Origin: Podarcis cretensis
Taxonomy: Eukaryota
Direction of reading: 5' to 3'
DNA length: 64,000 nt
NCBI GenBank assembly: GCA_951804945.1
Contig: OX638157.1
Location: forward strand, 43,400,001-43,464,000
Positions within the stretch are counted from its first letter, which is position 1; the number at the start of each line of letters is the position of its first letter. The position numbers and the translations under genes are program-made. The notes beneath the pieces were generated by a model. The model was not told where the DNA came from. It made no database searches and saw only the letters and a program-made list of their open reading frames with translations. Shown one piece after another: positions 63,167-64,000 of the stretch.

Positions 63167-63939
63167 TTAAATGTACCCATCTTCATCTGTACCTGAAAAT
63201 CAGTTTTAAAAACTTTGGTTTGTGTTAATCAGATTAAAGTTTTCACATTTGACATTCATGCCTGACTAGATTTTAGCCAGATATGTGAAAGAGGTTAAAA
63301 AGCTTTAACTGGAGTTAGAAATGGGCAGAGCAGTCCTAGGCCCCAGCTGGAAGCAGCTGAGTGGTGAGTTGACAACCACATTCAGAAACACACAGGATTG
63401 TCCTTCAGTGCTCAAAAAGGGAGCTTCCCTGAGATTGACTGGCTGCACTTCATCAGGAACTCCCTAGTGCAGCTGGTAGGGCTCTCAGCTCTCATCAGCT
63501 GTTGGGTGCTGACAGCCACCCTTTGGAATATGTTTGTAAGCGGCTTATATTCAGACCACTAGCAAATGGACTGTCGAGGGGGTAGCTTGTAAACTTATTG
63601 GTGCCGAAAACTGGCTTTCAAAGGGGCTTTGTGAGCTTCTTTCAGGTTGTCACCCGACATCATAATGATACCAGGTGATTTACAGGTGGACAGCCCCACC
63701 CAATTGGCCAATGGGTTGGAGCAAGGAAGGTTACAATACACTAGCCAGGTCCAGTTCCTCAGCTGTGCACTAAATTTATGGTGCATAGAATTCAGCATCC
63801 TGAAAGATTGTTTCTAGCCTTTAATGGCTATGAAGATAAAGATCTATTGACAGATCCAACAAGGTTATCCAGGGGAGAAGGGAGCAGACCTCTGTGATCT
63901 GCAAAGTCCCTTGCTTATTTCTTTCCATGTTAGGCAAAA

Positions 63940-64000
63940 TATTCCTGCATTGCTGGTACTTGGACTAGATGACCCTTGTGGTCCCTTCCAACTCTACAAT
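63940..64000 (+). mobile_element. CR1 3'UTR remnant (similar remnant at about 13717-13765)
   Basis: ttggactagatgacccttgtggtcccttccaactcta. Confidence 0.7.

Overview
Vertebrate genomic DNA, very likely a squamate (lacertid-type) lizard: it carries several Sauria-SINE copies with (ACCTTT)n tails plus CR1 and L2 remnants. The whole window lies inside the + strand gene RAPGEF2 (PDZ-GEF1, a Rap1/Rap2 guanine-nucleotide exchange factor). I traced nine in-phase GT-AG internal coding exons (12769-62598), including an 18-nt microexon and several exons missing from the ORF track. An internal promoter region at about 28.9-30.2 kb holds two alternative N-terminal coding exons (MAFLVRCYANCLQPWSSK and the canonical MKPLAIPANHGVMGQQEKHS), and possibly a third at 27.0 kb. 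The exons encode the end of the N-terminal cNMP-like region, a Ser/acidic linker, the degenerate cyclic-nucleotide-binding domain and the start of the REM domain; the gene starts upstream and continues downstream. Introns contain SINEs, LINE fragments, a solo LTR, Tc1/mariner-pogo and hAT-type MITEs, a 20-bp minisatellite and microsatellites. I see no evidence of a new multi-gene system. The most interesting signals are regulatory or RNA-level: a relay of ATGA-overlapped uORFs into the canonical start, interchangeable phase-0 N-termini, inverted retroposon pairs in circRNA-type geometry, and two near-perfect hairpins. Gene and repeat names come from my recall of homologues, not from a database search.
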